64,000 bases of DNA from Pristiophorus japonicus (Eukaryota): positions 154,194,001 to 154,258,000 of the forward strand of contig NC_091987.1 of NCBI RefSeq assembly GCF_044704955.1, read 5' to 3'. The notes beneath the pieces were generated by a model. That model was not told the DNA's origin and ran no database searches. It saw only the letters and a program-made list of their open reading frames with translations. Of the stretch, positions 53,820 through 64,000 are shown in pieces. Each line of letters starts with the position of its first letter. Position 1 is the stretch's first letter. A program made the position numbers and the translations under genes.

Positions 53820-54030
53820 TCTTTTATTCATTCTCGGGATGTGGGCGTCTCTGGCAAGGCCGGCATTTATTGCCCATCCCCAATTGCCCTTTAAGAAGGT
53901 GGTGGTGAGCCGCCTTGAACCGCTGCAGTCCGTGTGGTGACGGTACTCCCACAATGCTGTTAGGGAGGGAGTTCCATGATTTTGACCCAGCGACGTTGAA
54001 GGAACGGCGATATATTTTTGAGTCAGGATG
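53820..54030 (-). mobile_element. 3' part of a CR1/L2-group LINE, split from 56915-57226 by a younger CR1
   Basis: Minus-strand coding remnant that continues the 56915-57226 piece across the insertion. Confidence 0.65.
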
Positions 54031-56914
54031 GTATACTTCAATGCAAGGAGTACAGCGACTAAGGCAGATGAGCTGAGAGCATAGGTAGATACTTGGGTGT
54101 ATGATATTATAACTATTACAGAGATAAGCCTAAAAGAGGGGCAGGTATGGCAACTCAACATTCCTGGTTACAGGATTTTCAGGCGGCATAGAGAGGGGTG
54201 TAAAAAGGGAGGAGGGGTCGCGGTATTGATTAAAGAAACAATTACAGCGGTGAGGAGGGATGATATGTTAGATGGGTTATCAGACGAGGCCATATGGGTC
54301 GAACTGAACAACAGAAAAGGGCAATCACACTGTTGGGCATGTATTTTGACCACCAAACAGTGAGAGGGAGATAGAAGAGCAAATATGTAGGCACATTTCT
54401 GACAAGTGCAACAACTATAGTGCAGTAATAGTAGGGGATGTCAACTATCCTAATATTAACTGGGACAAAATTAGTGTCAAGGGTATAGAGGGTATAAGGG
54501 TATAAAATGCATTCAATAGAACATTTTTTAGCCAGTATGTAGCAAGCCCAACATGAGAGGGGACGGTTCTAGATTTAGTTTTGGGGAATAAAGAGGGGTA
54601 GGTGGAAGGGGTATCAGTGGAAGAGCATTTAGGTGCTAGTGATCATAATTCAGTTAGATTTAAGGTAGTTATGGAAAAGGACAAGGATAGACCAAGAATA
54701 AAAGTTCTAAATTGGGGAAAAGCCAACTTTGCTAAGCTGAGAGATGATTTAGCCAAAGTGGACTGGAAACAGCTACTTGTGAGTAAATCAGTGTCAGAGC
54801 AGTGGGAGGCAGTCAAGGAGGAGATCTAAAGGGTTCAGACCAAATATGTACACTTAAAGAAAAAGGGTTGGACTAACCAATCTAGAGTCCCCTGTATGTT
54901 GAGGGGCACACAGGGTAGGATAAAGAAAAAAAGAGAAGCTTACGACAGATACTGAGGGCTAAATACTGCAGAGGGGTATAGAAAGTGCAGGGGTGAAATT
55001 AAAAAGGAAATTAGGAAAGCAAAGAGAGAGCATGCAAAAATATTGGCAAATAAAATCAAGGAAAACCCAAAGATGTTTTATAAATATATTAAGAGGAAGA
55101 GGATAACTAGAGAAAGGGTAGGGCCTATTAGAGACCATAAAGGTAAGTCGTGTGTGGAGGTGGAAGACGTGGGTATGATTCTTAATGAATACTTTGCAAC
55201 TGTTTTCACAAAACAGAGGGGTGATACAGACACTGCTATCGAGGAGGAGTGTGAAATATTAGATGAAATAAACAAAGTGAGAGAGGAGGTAGGTATTAAG
55301 GGGTTTCGCAGCTTTGAAAGTGGATAAGTACCCAGGCCCCGATGAAGTGTATCCCAGGCTGTGAAGCGAAGCAAAAGAGGAAATAGCAGAGGCTTTGACC
55401 ATCATTTTTAAATCCTCTCTGGCTTCAGGTGTGGTTCCAGAGGACTGGAGGACTGCTAATGTGGTACTTTTGTTTAAGAAGGGAGAAAGGGATAGACCGA
55501 GTAATTATAGGCCAGTTAGCCTAACCGCAGTGGTAGGAAAATTATTGGAAAAATTCCTGAAGGACAGGATAAATCTTCATTTAGAAAGACATGGATTAAT
55601 CAGGGACAGTCAGCATGGATTTGTTAAGGGAAGGTCATGTCTGAATTGCTTGATTGAATTTTTCAAGGAGGTAACCAGGAGGGTCGATGAGGGCAGTGCA
55701 TATGATACAGTGTATATGGATTTCAGCAAAGCTTTTGATAAGGTCCTACATGGAAGACTGGTCATGAAAGTAAAAGCCCATGGGATCCAGGGCAAAGTGG
55801 TAAGTTGGATCCAAAATTGGCTCAGAGGCAGGAAGCAAAGGATAATGGTTGATGGGTGTTTTTGCGACTGGAAGGATGTTTCCAGTGGGGTTCCGCAGGG
55901 CTCAGTACTGGGTCCCTTGCTTTTTGTGGTATATATCAATGATCTAGACTTGAATATAAGGGATATGATTAAGAAGTTTGCAGATGATACTAAAATAGGC
56001 TGTGTGGTTGATAATGAAGAAGTAATCTTTAGACTGCAGGAAGATATCAATGTACTGGTCAGGTGGACAGAACAGTGGCAAATGGAATTCAATCCGGATA
56101 AGTGTGAGGTAATGCATTTGGGGAGGGCTAACAAGGCAAAGGAATAGACATTAAATGGTAGGACATTGAGAGGTGTAGAGGAACAAAGGGACCTTGGAGT
56201 GCAGGTCCACAGATCCCAGAAGGTAGCAGGCCAGGTAGATAAGGTGGTTGAGAAGGCATACGGAATACTTTCCTTTATTCATCAAGGCATAGAATACAAG
56301 AGCAGGGTGGTTATGCTTAAACTGTATAAAACACTGGTTAGGCCACAGCTGGAGTACTGTGTGCAGTTCTGGTCACCACATTACAGGAAAGATGTGATTG
56401 CACTAGAGAGGGTACAGAGGAGATTTACAAGGATGTTGCCAGGATTGGAGGATTTTAGCTATGAGGAAAGATTGGATAGGCTGGAATTGTTTTCTTTGGA
56501 ACAGAGGAGGCTGAGGGGAGACCTTATTGAGGTGTATAAAATTATGAGGGGCCTAGATAGAGTGGATAGGACGGACCTATTTCCCTTAGCAGAGGGGTCA
56601 ACAACCAGGGGGCACAGATTTAAAGTAATTGGTAGGAGGTTCAGAGGGGATTTGAGGGGAAATGTCTTCACCCAGAGGGTGGTGGGGGTCTGGAACTCAC
56701 TGCCTGAAAGGATGGTAAAGGCAGAAACCCTCACCACATTTAAAAAGTACTTGGATGTGCACCTGAAGTGCCGTAACCTACAGGGCTACAGACCCAGAGC
56801 TGGAAAGTGGGATTAGGCTGGATAGCTCTTGGTCGGTCGGCGCGGACATGATGGGCCGAAATGGCCTCCTTCCGTGCTGTAAATTTCTATGATTCTATGA
56901 TTCTATGATTCTAT
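54031..56914 (+). mobile_element. CR1 LINE covering nearly all of ORF2, multiple stops/frameshifts
   Basis: APE endonuclease motifs (NARS, ITE, GGGVA, SDH), RT 55395-56147, (TTCTATGA)n tail at 56885-56914. Confidence 0.95.
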
Positions 56915-57226
56915 GTGTGTAACTTGGAGGGGAACGTGGAGGTGGTGGTGTTGCCATGTGCCTGCTGCCCTTGTCCTTCTAGGTGGTAGAGATCGTGGGT
57001 TTGGGAGATGCTGCCGAAGAAGCCTTGGCGAGTTGCTGCAGTCCATCTTGTAGATGGTACATACTGCAGCCACGGTGCGCCGGTGGTGGAGGGAGTGAAT
57101 GTTGAAAGTGGTGGATGGGGTGCCAATCAAGCGGGCTGCTTTGTCCTGGATGGTGTCGAGCTTCTTGAGTGTTGTTGGAGCTGCTCTCATCCAGGCAAGT
57201 GGAGAATATTCCATCACACTCCTGAC
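56915..57226 (-). mobile_element. CR1/L2-group LINE ORF2 C-terminal fragment
   Basis: MEYSPLAW..LKKLDTIQDKAARLI..SLHHRRTVAAVCTIYK, typical non-LTR RT C-terminal region. Confidence 0.8.
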
Positions 57227-57271
57227 TTTAGTTCAGCATTTTAATGTGTTGACAATTTTTGTATTTCAAAG

Positions 57272-57526
57272 ATTCCCCTCGAAACACTCTCGTCAGAATG
57301 ACATTCACAGATGGAAATCTGATTTCCCTGCATTGTTCCAGCGAGGGTAATCCAGCAATCCACAGGTTCTCCTGGTCCAAGCTCTCCAATGGGAAAGGTA
57401 CTGATCTGAGCAAGGTTGGTGAAACTATCACTGTCCCCAAAGGCATCGGAGAGGAAAGCTACTCCTGTACGGCCACAAACACCCTGGGCAGCTCACAGTC
57501 TCCACCCGTTAGAATCCCCACTGAAT
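57272..57526 (+). CDS. Siglec-like gene, second C2-set Ig exon
   Basis: TTTCAAAG| acceptor, |GTGAGT donor, phase 1-1, 255 bp; (Y)SPRNT..LHCSSEGNP..FSW..YSCTATNTLG; joins the previous exon as T|AT = Tyr (VKYSP). Confidence 0.92.
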
Positions 57527-57694
57527 GTGAGTACTTTTAAGTTTAATATTCCGAATTTCAGCATTGATCCCCAAAACACCGAATGTCCTAGAAACATAGA
57601 AACATAGAAACATAGAAAATAGGTGCAGGAGTAGGCCATTCGGCCCTTCTAGCCTGCACCGCCATTCAATGAGTTCATGGCTGAACATTCAACT

Positions 57695-60601
57695 TCAGTA
57701 TCCCACTCCTGCTTTCTCGCCATACCCCTTGATCCCCCGAGTAGTAAGGACTACATCTAACTCCTTTTTGAATATATTTAGTGAATTGGCCTCAACAACT
57801 TTCTGTGGTAGAGAATTCCACAGGTTCACCACTTTCTGGGTGAAAAAGTTCCTCCGCATCTCGGTCCTAAATGGCTTACCCCTTATCCTTAGACTGTGAC
57901 CTCTGGTTCTGGACTTCCCCAACATTGGGAACATTCTTCCTGCATCTAACCTGTCGAACCCCGTCAGAATTTTAAATGTTTCTATGAGGTCCCTTCTCAT
58001 TCTTCTGAACTCCAGTGAATACAAGCCCAGTTGATCCAGTCTTTCTTGATAGGTCAGTCCCGCCATCCCGGGAATCAGTCTGGTGAACCTTCGCTGCACT
58101 CCCTCAATAGCAAGAATGTCCTTCCTCAGGTTAGGAGACCAAAACTGTACACAATACTCCAGGTGTGGCCTCACCAATGCCCTGTACAACTGTAGCAACA
58201 CCTCCTTGCCCCTGTACTCAAATCCCCTTGCTATGAAGGCCAACATGCCATTTGCTTTCTTAACCGCCTGCTGCACCTGCATGCCAACCTTCAATGACTG
58301 ATGTACCACGACACCCAGGTCTCTTTGCACCTCCCCTTTTCCTAATCTGTCACCATTCAGATAATAGTCTGTCTCTCTGTTTTTACCACCAAAGTGGATA
58401 ACCTCACATTTATCCACATTATACTTCATCTGCCATGCATTTGCCCACTCACCTAACATATCCAAGTCGCTCTGCAGCCTCACAGCATCCTCCTCGCAGC
58501 TCACACTGCCACCCAACTTAGTGTCATCCGCAAATTTGGAGATACTACATTTAATCCCCTCATCTAAATCATTAATGTACAGTGTAAACAGCTGGGGCCC
58601 CAGCACAGAACCTTGCGGTACCCCACTAGTCACTGCCTGCCATTCTGAAAAGTACCCATTTACTCCTACTCTTTGCTTCCTGTCTGACAACCAGTTCTCA
58701 ATCCATGTCAGCACACTACCCCCAATCCCATGTGCTCTAACTTTGCACATCAATCTCTTGTGTGGGACCTTGTCAAACGCCTTCTGAAAGTCCAAATATA
58801 CCACATCAACTGGTTCTCCCTTGTCCACTCTACTGGAAACATCCTCAAAAAATTCCAGAAGATTTGTCAAGCATGATTTCCCTTTCACAAATCCATGCTG
58901 ACTTGGACCTATCATGTCACCTCTTTCCAAATGCACTGCTATGACATCCTTAATAATTGATTCCATCATTTTACCCACTACCGATGTCAGGCTGACCGGT
59001 CTATAATTCCCTGTTTTCTCTCTCCCTCCTTTTTTAAAAATTGGGGTTACATTGGCTACCCTCCACTCAATAGGAACTGATCCAGAGTCAATGGAATGTT
59101 GGAAAATGACTGTCAATGCATCCACTATTTCCAAGGCCACCTCCTTAAGTACTCTGGGATGCAGTCCATCAGGCCCTGGGGATTTATCGGCCTTCAATCC
59201 CATCAATTTCCCCAACACAATTTCCCGGCTAATAAGGATTTCCCTCAGTTCCTCCTCCTTACTAGACCCCCCGACCCCTTTTATAACCGGAAGGTTGTTT
59301 GTGTCCTCCTTCATGAATACCGAACCAAAGTACTTGTTCAATTGGTCCGCCATTTCTTTCTTCCCTGTTATGACTTCCCCTGATTCTGACTGTAGGGGAC
59401 CTACGTTTGTCTTTACTAACCTTTTTCTCTTTACATATCTATAGAAAGTTTTGCAATCCGTCTTAATGTTCCCTGCAAGCTTCTTCTCATACTCCATTTT
59501 CCCTGCCCTAATCAAACCCTTTGTCCTCCTCTGCTGAGTTCTAAATTTCTCCCAGTCCCCAGGTTCGCTGCTATTTCTGGCCAATTTGTATGCCACTTCC
59601 TTGGCTTTAATACTATTCCTGATTTCCCTTGATAGCCACGGTTGAGCCACCTTCCCTTTTTTATTTTTATGCCAGACAGGAATGTACAATTGTTGTAGTT
59701 CATCCATGCGGTCTCTAAATGTCTGCCATTGCCCATCCACAGTCAACCCCTTAAGTATCATTCGCCAATCCATCCCAGCCAATTCACACCTCATACCTTC
59801 AAAGTTAGCCTTCTTGAAGTTCTGGACCATGGTCTCTGAATTAACGGTTTCATTCTCCATCCTAATGCAGAATTCCACCATATTATGGTCACTCTTCCCC
59901 AAGGGGCCTCGCACAACGAGATTGCTAATTAATCCTCTCTCATTACATAACACCCAGTCTAAGATGGCCTCCCCCCTAGTTGGTTCCTCGACATATTGGT
60001 CTAAAAAACCATCCCTTATGCACTCCAGGAAATCCTCCTCCACCGTATTGCTTCCAGTTTGGTTAGCCCAATCTATGTACATATTAAAGTCACCCATTAT
60101 AACTGCTGCACCTTTATTGCATGCACCCCTAATTTCCTGTTTGATGCCCTCCCGAACATCACTACTACTGTTTGGAGGTCTGTACACAACTCCCACTAAT
60201 GTTTTTTGCCCTTTGGTGTTCTGTAGCTCTACCCATATAGATTCCACATCATCCAAGCTAATGTCCTTCCTAACTATTGCCTTAATCTCCTCCTTAACCA
60301 GCAATGCTACCCCACCTCCTTTTCCTTTTATTCTATCCTTCCTGAATGTTGAATACCCCTGGATGTTGAGTTCCCAGCCCTGATCATCCTGGAGCCACGT
60401 CTCCGTAATCCCAATCACATCATATTTGTTAACATCTATTTGCACAGTTAATTCATCCACCTTATTGCGGATACTCCTTGCATTAAGACACAAAGCCTTT
60501 GGGCTTGTTTTTTTAACACCCTCTGTCCTTTTAGAATTTTGCTGTACAATGGTCCTTTTTGTTCTTTGCCTTGGGTTTCTCTGCCCTCCACTTTTCCTCA
60601 T
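57695..60601 (-). CDS. CR1 ORF2: APE endonuclease + reverse transcriptase (968 aa, uninterrupted)
   Basis: LNARS, ITETW, VYRPP, GDFN, LD, SDH endonuclease motifs; NYRPVSLT, PQGSVLGP, FADD RT motifs. Confidence 0.95.
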   Translation of the reverse strand: MRKSGGQRNPRQRTKRTIVQQNSKRTEGVKKTSPKALCLNARSIRNKVDELTVQIDVNKYDVIGITETWLQDDQGWELNIQGYSTFRKDRIKGKGGGVALLVKEEIKAIVRKDISLDDVESIWVELQNTKGQKTLVGVVYRPPNSSSDVREGIKQEIRGACNKGAAVIMGDFNMYIDWANQTGSNTVEEDFLECIRDGFLDQYVEEPTRGEAILDWVLCNERGLISNLVVRGPLGKSDHNMVEFCIRMENETVNSETMVQNFKKANFEGMRCELAGMDWRMILKGLTVDGQWQTFRDRMDELQQLYIPVWHKNKKGKVAQPWLSREIRNSIKAKEVAYKLARNSSEPGDWEKFRTQQRRTKGLIRAGKMEYEKKLAGNIKTDCKTFYRYVKRKRLVKTNVGPLQSESGEVITGKKEMADQLNKYFGSVFMKEDTNNLPVIKGVGGSSKEEELREILISREIVLGKLMGLKADKSPGPDGLHPRVLKEVALEIVDALTVIFQHSIDSGSVPIEWRVANVTPIFKKGGREKTGNYRPVSLTSVVGKMMESIIKDVIAVHLERGDMIGPSQHGFVKGKSCLTNLLEFFEDVSSRVDKGEPVDVVYLDFQKAFDKVPHKRLMCKVRAHGIGGSVLTWIENWLSDRKQRVGVNGYFSEWQAVTSGVPQGSVLGPQLFTLYINDLDEGIKCSISKFADDTKLGGSVSCEEDAVRLQSDLDMLGEWANAWQMKYNVDKCEVIHFGGKNRETDYYLNGDRLGKGEVQRDLGVVVHQSLKVGMQVQQAVKKANGMLAFIARGFEYRGKEVLLQLYRALVRPHLEYCVQFWSPNLRKDILAIEGVQRRFTRLIPGMAGLTYQERLDQLGLYSLEFRRMRRDLIETFKILTGFDRLDAGRMFPMLGKSRTRGHSLRIRGKPFRTEMRRNFFTQKVVNLWNSLPQKVVEANSLNIFKKELDVVLTTRGIKGYGEKAGVGY

Positions 60602-60678
60602 CTCCTTTCTGTCTTTTGCTTTTGCCTCCTTTTTATTTCCCTCTATCTCCCTGCATTGGTTCCCATCCCCCTGCCATA

Positions 60679-61626
60679 TTAGTTTAACTCCTCCCCAACA
60701 GCACTAGCAAACACTCCCCCGAGGACATTGGTTCCGATTCTGCCCAGGTGCAGACCGTCCGGATTGTACTGGTCCCACCTCCCCCAGAACCGGTTCCAAT
60801 GCCCCAGGAATTTGAATCCCTACCTGCTGCACCATTGCTCAAGCCACGTATTCACCTGCGCTATCCTGCGATTCCTACTCTGACTAGCACGTGGCACTGG
60901 TAGCAATCCCGAGATTACTACTTTTGAGGTCCTACTTTTTAATTTAGCTCCTAGCTCCTTAAATTCATTTCGTAGGACCTCATTCCTTTTTTTACCTATG
61001 TCGTTGGTACCAACGTGCACCACGACAACTGGCTGTTCTCCCTCCCTTTTTAGAATGTCCTGCACCTGCTCCGAGACATCCTTGACCCTTGCACCAGGGA
61101 GGCAACATACCATCCTGGAGTCTCGGTTGCGGCCGCAGAAACGCCTATCTATTCCCCTTACAATTGAATCCCCTATCACTATCGCTCCCCCACTCTTTTT
61201 CCTGCCCTCCTGTGCAGCAGAGCCAGCCACGGTGCCATGAACTTGGCTGCTGCTGCCCTCCCCTGATGAGTCATCCCCCTCAACAGTACTCAAAGCAGTG
61301 TATCTGTTTTGCAGGGGGATGACCACAGGGGACCCCTGCACTACCTTCCTTGCACTACTCTTCCTGCTGGTCTTCCATTCCCTAGCTGGCTGTGGACCCT
61401 TCTCCTGCGGTAAGACCAACTCGCTCCACGTGCTACTCACGTCATTCTCAGCATCGTGGATGCTCCAGAGTGAATCCACCCTCAGCTCCAACTCCGCAAC
61501 GCGGACCGTCAGGAGCTGGAGGTGGATACACTTCCCGCACATGTAGTCGTCAGGGACACTGGTGTTGTCCCCGAGTTCCCACATGGTACAGGAGGAGCAT
61601 ATCACGTGACCGAGCTGTCCTGCCAT
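60679..61626 (-). pseudogene. CR1 ORF1 (CxxC..CxxC finger, coiled coil, SGNH esterase) with one in-frame TAG at 60820-60822
   Basis: CSSC..CGKC, GDS and GTND motifs; reading through the TAG gives GFKFLGHW..DGLH..LN* ending at 60679. Confidence 0.9.
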
Positions 61627-61803
61627 GACTTAACCCTTAGATACACTTAAATTGGCGACAACAATGTTAAAAGTTACTGACTAATAAAGAAAAAGAAAAA
61701 CTACTCACCAATCAGCAGCCAATCACTTACCACGTTGGCTGTGACGTCACCTTTTGATTTCTTTCTACTTCTTTTTTGCCTTCTCTCCCAGCTGGAGCTG
61801 CAC

Positions 61804-62079
61804 CGCTCCCCGGACTGCTGAGCCTTTTATAGGCCGCTGCCTCTCTCGACGCTCCCTGGACTGCTGAGCCTTTTTTCGGCCGCTGCCTCTCTCGACACTC
61901 CCCGGACTGCTGAGCCTTTTATAGGCCGCTGCCTCTCTCGACTCCCGCCTCTCTCGACGCTCCCCGGACTGCTGAGCCTTTTATAGGCCGCTGCCTCTCT
62001 CGACTCCCGCCTCTCTCGACGCTCCCCGGACTGCTGAGCCTTTTATAGGCCGCTGCCTCTCTCGACTCCCGCCTCTCTC
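61804..62079 (-). repeat. Five 46/62-bp tandem repeats at the CR1 5' end
   Basis: CGCTCCCCGGACTGCTGAGCCTTTTATAGGCCGCTGCCTCTCTCGA units; TATAAAAG on the element strand in four of five. Confidence 0.93.
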
Positions 62080-62087
62080 CTATATAA

Positions 62088-62350
62088 TAAAATAAAAACA
62101 GAAAATGCTGGAAATCTCAGCGGGTCAGGCAGCTTCTGTGGAGAGAGAAACAGAGTTAATGTTTCATGTCGGTAACCCTTAGTCAGAACTGGCGAATGTT
62201 CAAAAAGAACTGATTCTTAAGGAGCACTGAAAGGGGGAGGGGAGGAAAGAACAAAAGGGAAGGTTTGTGATAGGGTGAAAGGCAGGAAAAATTAGAGAGA
62301 CAAAAGGGATGATGGGCTGACTTGAGATGTTAATGGTAGAAGTTAGAGCA
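62088..62350 (-). mobile_element. Probable Penelope-like element terminal repeat fragment
   Basis: Contains a decayed minimal hammerhead layout at 62154-62190 (minus); family assignment from recall only. Confidence 0.5.
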
Positions 62351-62351
62351 G

Positions 62352-64000
62352 AAGCCAGAAAAAGTAGCAAACCTGAGGACTGGGAGAAATTTAGAATTCA
62401 GCAGAGGAGGACAAAGGGTTTAATTAGGAGGGGGCAAATAGAGTATGAGAGGAAGTTTGCTGGGAGCATAAAAACTTACTACAAAAGCTTCTATAGATAT
62501 GTGAAGAGAAAAAGATTGGTGAAAACAAACTTAGGTCCCTTGCAGTCAGACTCAGGTGAATTAATAATGGGGAACAGAAAAATGGCAGACCAACTGAACA
62601 AATACTTTGGTTCTGTCTTCACGAAGGAAGTCACAAATGACCTTCCGGATGTACTAGTGGGTCTAGTGAGAAGGAGGAACTGAAGGATATCCTTATTAGC
62701 CGGGAAATTGTGTTGGGGAAATTGATGGGATTGAAGGCCGATAAATCCCCAGGGCCTGATTGTTTGCATCCCAGAGTACTAAAGGAGGTGGCCCTAGAAA
62801 TAGTGAATGCATTGGTAATCATTTTCCAACAGTCTATCGACTCTGGATTAGTTCCTATCTGGAGGTTAGCTAATGTAACACCACTTTTTTAAAAAAGGAG
62901 GGAGAGAGAAAACGGGGAATTATAGACCGGTTAACCTGACATCAGTAGTGGGGAAAATGTTGGAATCTATTATTAAGGATGAAATAGCAGCGCATTTGGA
63001 AAGCGGTGACAGGATCGGTCCAAGTCAGCATGGATTTATGAAAGGGAAATCATACTTGACCAATCTTCTTGAATTTTTTGAGGATGTAACTAGTAGAGTG
63101 GACAAGGGAGAACCAGTGGATGTGGTGTATTTGGACTTTCAAAAGGCCTTTGACAAGGTACCACACAAGAGATTGGTGTGCAAAATCAAGGCAAATGGTA
63201 TTGGAGGTAATGTACTGGCATGGATAGAGAATTGGTTGGCAGGCAGGAAGCAGAGAGTCGGGATAAACGGGTCCTTTTCGGAATGGGAGGCAGTAACTAG
63301 TGGAATACCGCAGGGCTCAGTGCTGGGACCCTAGCTCTTCACAATATACATTAATGATTTGGATGAAGGAATTGAGTGTAATATCTCCAAGTTTGCAGAT
63401 GACACTAAACTGGGTGGCGGTGTGAGCTGTGAGGAGGATGCTAAGAGGCTGCAGGTTAGGAGAGTAGAAAATGCATGGCAGATGCAGTATAATGTGGATA
63501 AAAGTGAGGTTATCCACTTTTGTGGCAAAAACACGAAGGCAGAATATTATGTGAATGGCGGCAGATTAGGAAAAGGGGAGGTGAAACGAGGCCTGGGTGT
63601 CATTGTTCATCAGTCATTGAAAGTTGGCATGCAGGTGCAGCAGGTGGTGAAGAAGGCAAATGGCATGTTGGCCTTCATAGCTAGGGGATTTGAGTATCGG
63701 AGCAGGGAGGTCTTACTGCAGTTGTACAGGGCCTTGGTGAGGCCTCACCTGGAATATTGTGTCAGTTTGGTCTCCTAATCTGAGGAAGGACATTCTGGCT
63801 ATTGAGGGAGTGCAGCGAAGGTTCACCAGACTGATTCCAGGGATGGCTGGACTGACATATGAGGAGAGACTGGATCAACTGGGCCTTTATACACTGGAGT
63901 TTAGAATGATGAGAGGGGATCGCATAGAAACATATAAGATTCTGACGGGACGGGACAGGTTAGATGCGGGAAGAATGTTCCCGATGTTGGGGAAGTCCAG
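62352..64000 (+). mobile_element. 5'-truncated CR1, frameshifted ORF2, runs off the right edge
   Basis: RT pieces 62710-63778 closely similar to those at 38989-41113 and 57695-59590. Confidence 0.95.

Larger units (their letters stand above)
57591..62077 (-). mobile_element. Full-length CR1 LINE
   Basis: 5' tandem repeats, ORF1, ORF2, 3' UTR, (TTCTATGT)n tail at ~57591-57617; candidate TSD TCCTA (57586-57590, 62078-62082). Confidence 0.96.

Noticed and set aside
58083-61628. Plus-strand ORFs over the full-length CR1, and similar antisense ORFs over other CR1 copies
   Set aside because: Antisense shadows of LINE ORF1/ORF2 with no independent motifs.

Overview
Vertebrate genomic DNA, most likely a cartilaginous fish (inferred from the repeat families). 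Bases 1-35389 are a ~1000-copy, C-rich 33-bp tandem array with kb-scale higher-order duplications. It is interrupted near its right end by an internally deleted Gypsy LTR element (32702-35002, TSD CTCAG) and ends in a tRNA-derived SINE head on the minus strand. A second copy of the same SINE head, followed by ~17 of the same 33-bp units and a CR1-type 3' tail, lies at 48854-49588. The giant array therefore appears to be an expanded VNTR from inside a SINE. The right half holds four in-frame coding exons of a Siglec-family (CD22/sialoadhesin/MAG-like) gene on the + strand: signal peptide, V-set and two C2-set exons. Its V-set domain has Tyr in place of the essential sialic-acid-binding Arg, and the gene continues beyond the window. 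The introns are filled with a GT/TATAAG simple satellite, many CR1 and L2 LINE pieces, a solo LTR, one full-length CR1 (intact ORF2, one nonsense codon in ORF1) and a Penelope-like end with a decayed hammerhead motif. Almost all long ORFs in the supplied track are repeat artefacts. Repeat boundaries were read by eye and are approximate unless a TSD or splice site is given.
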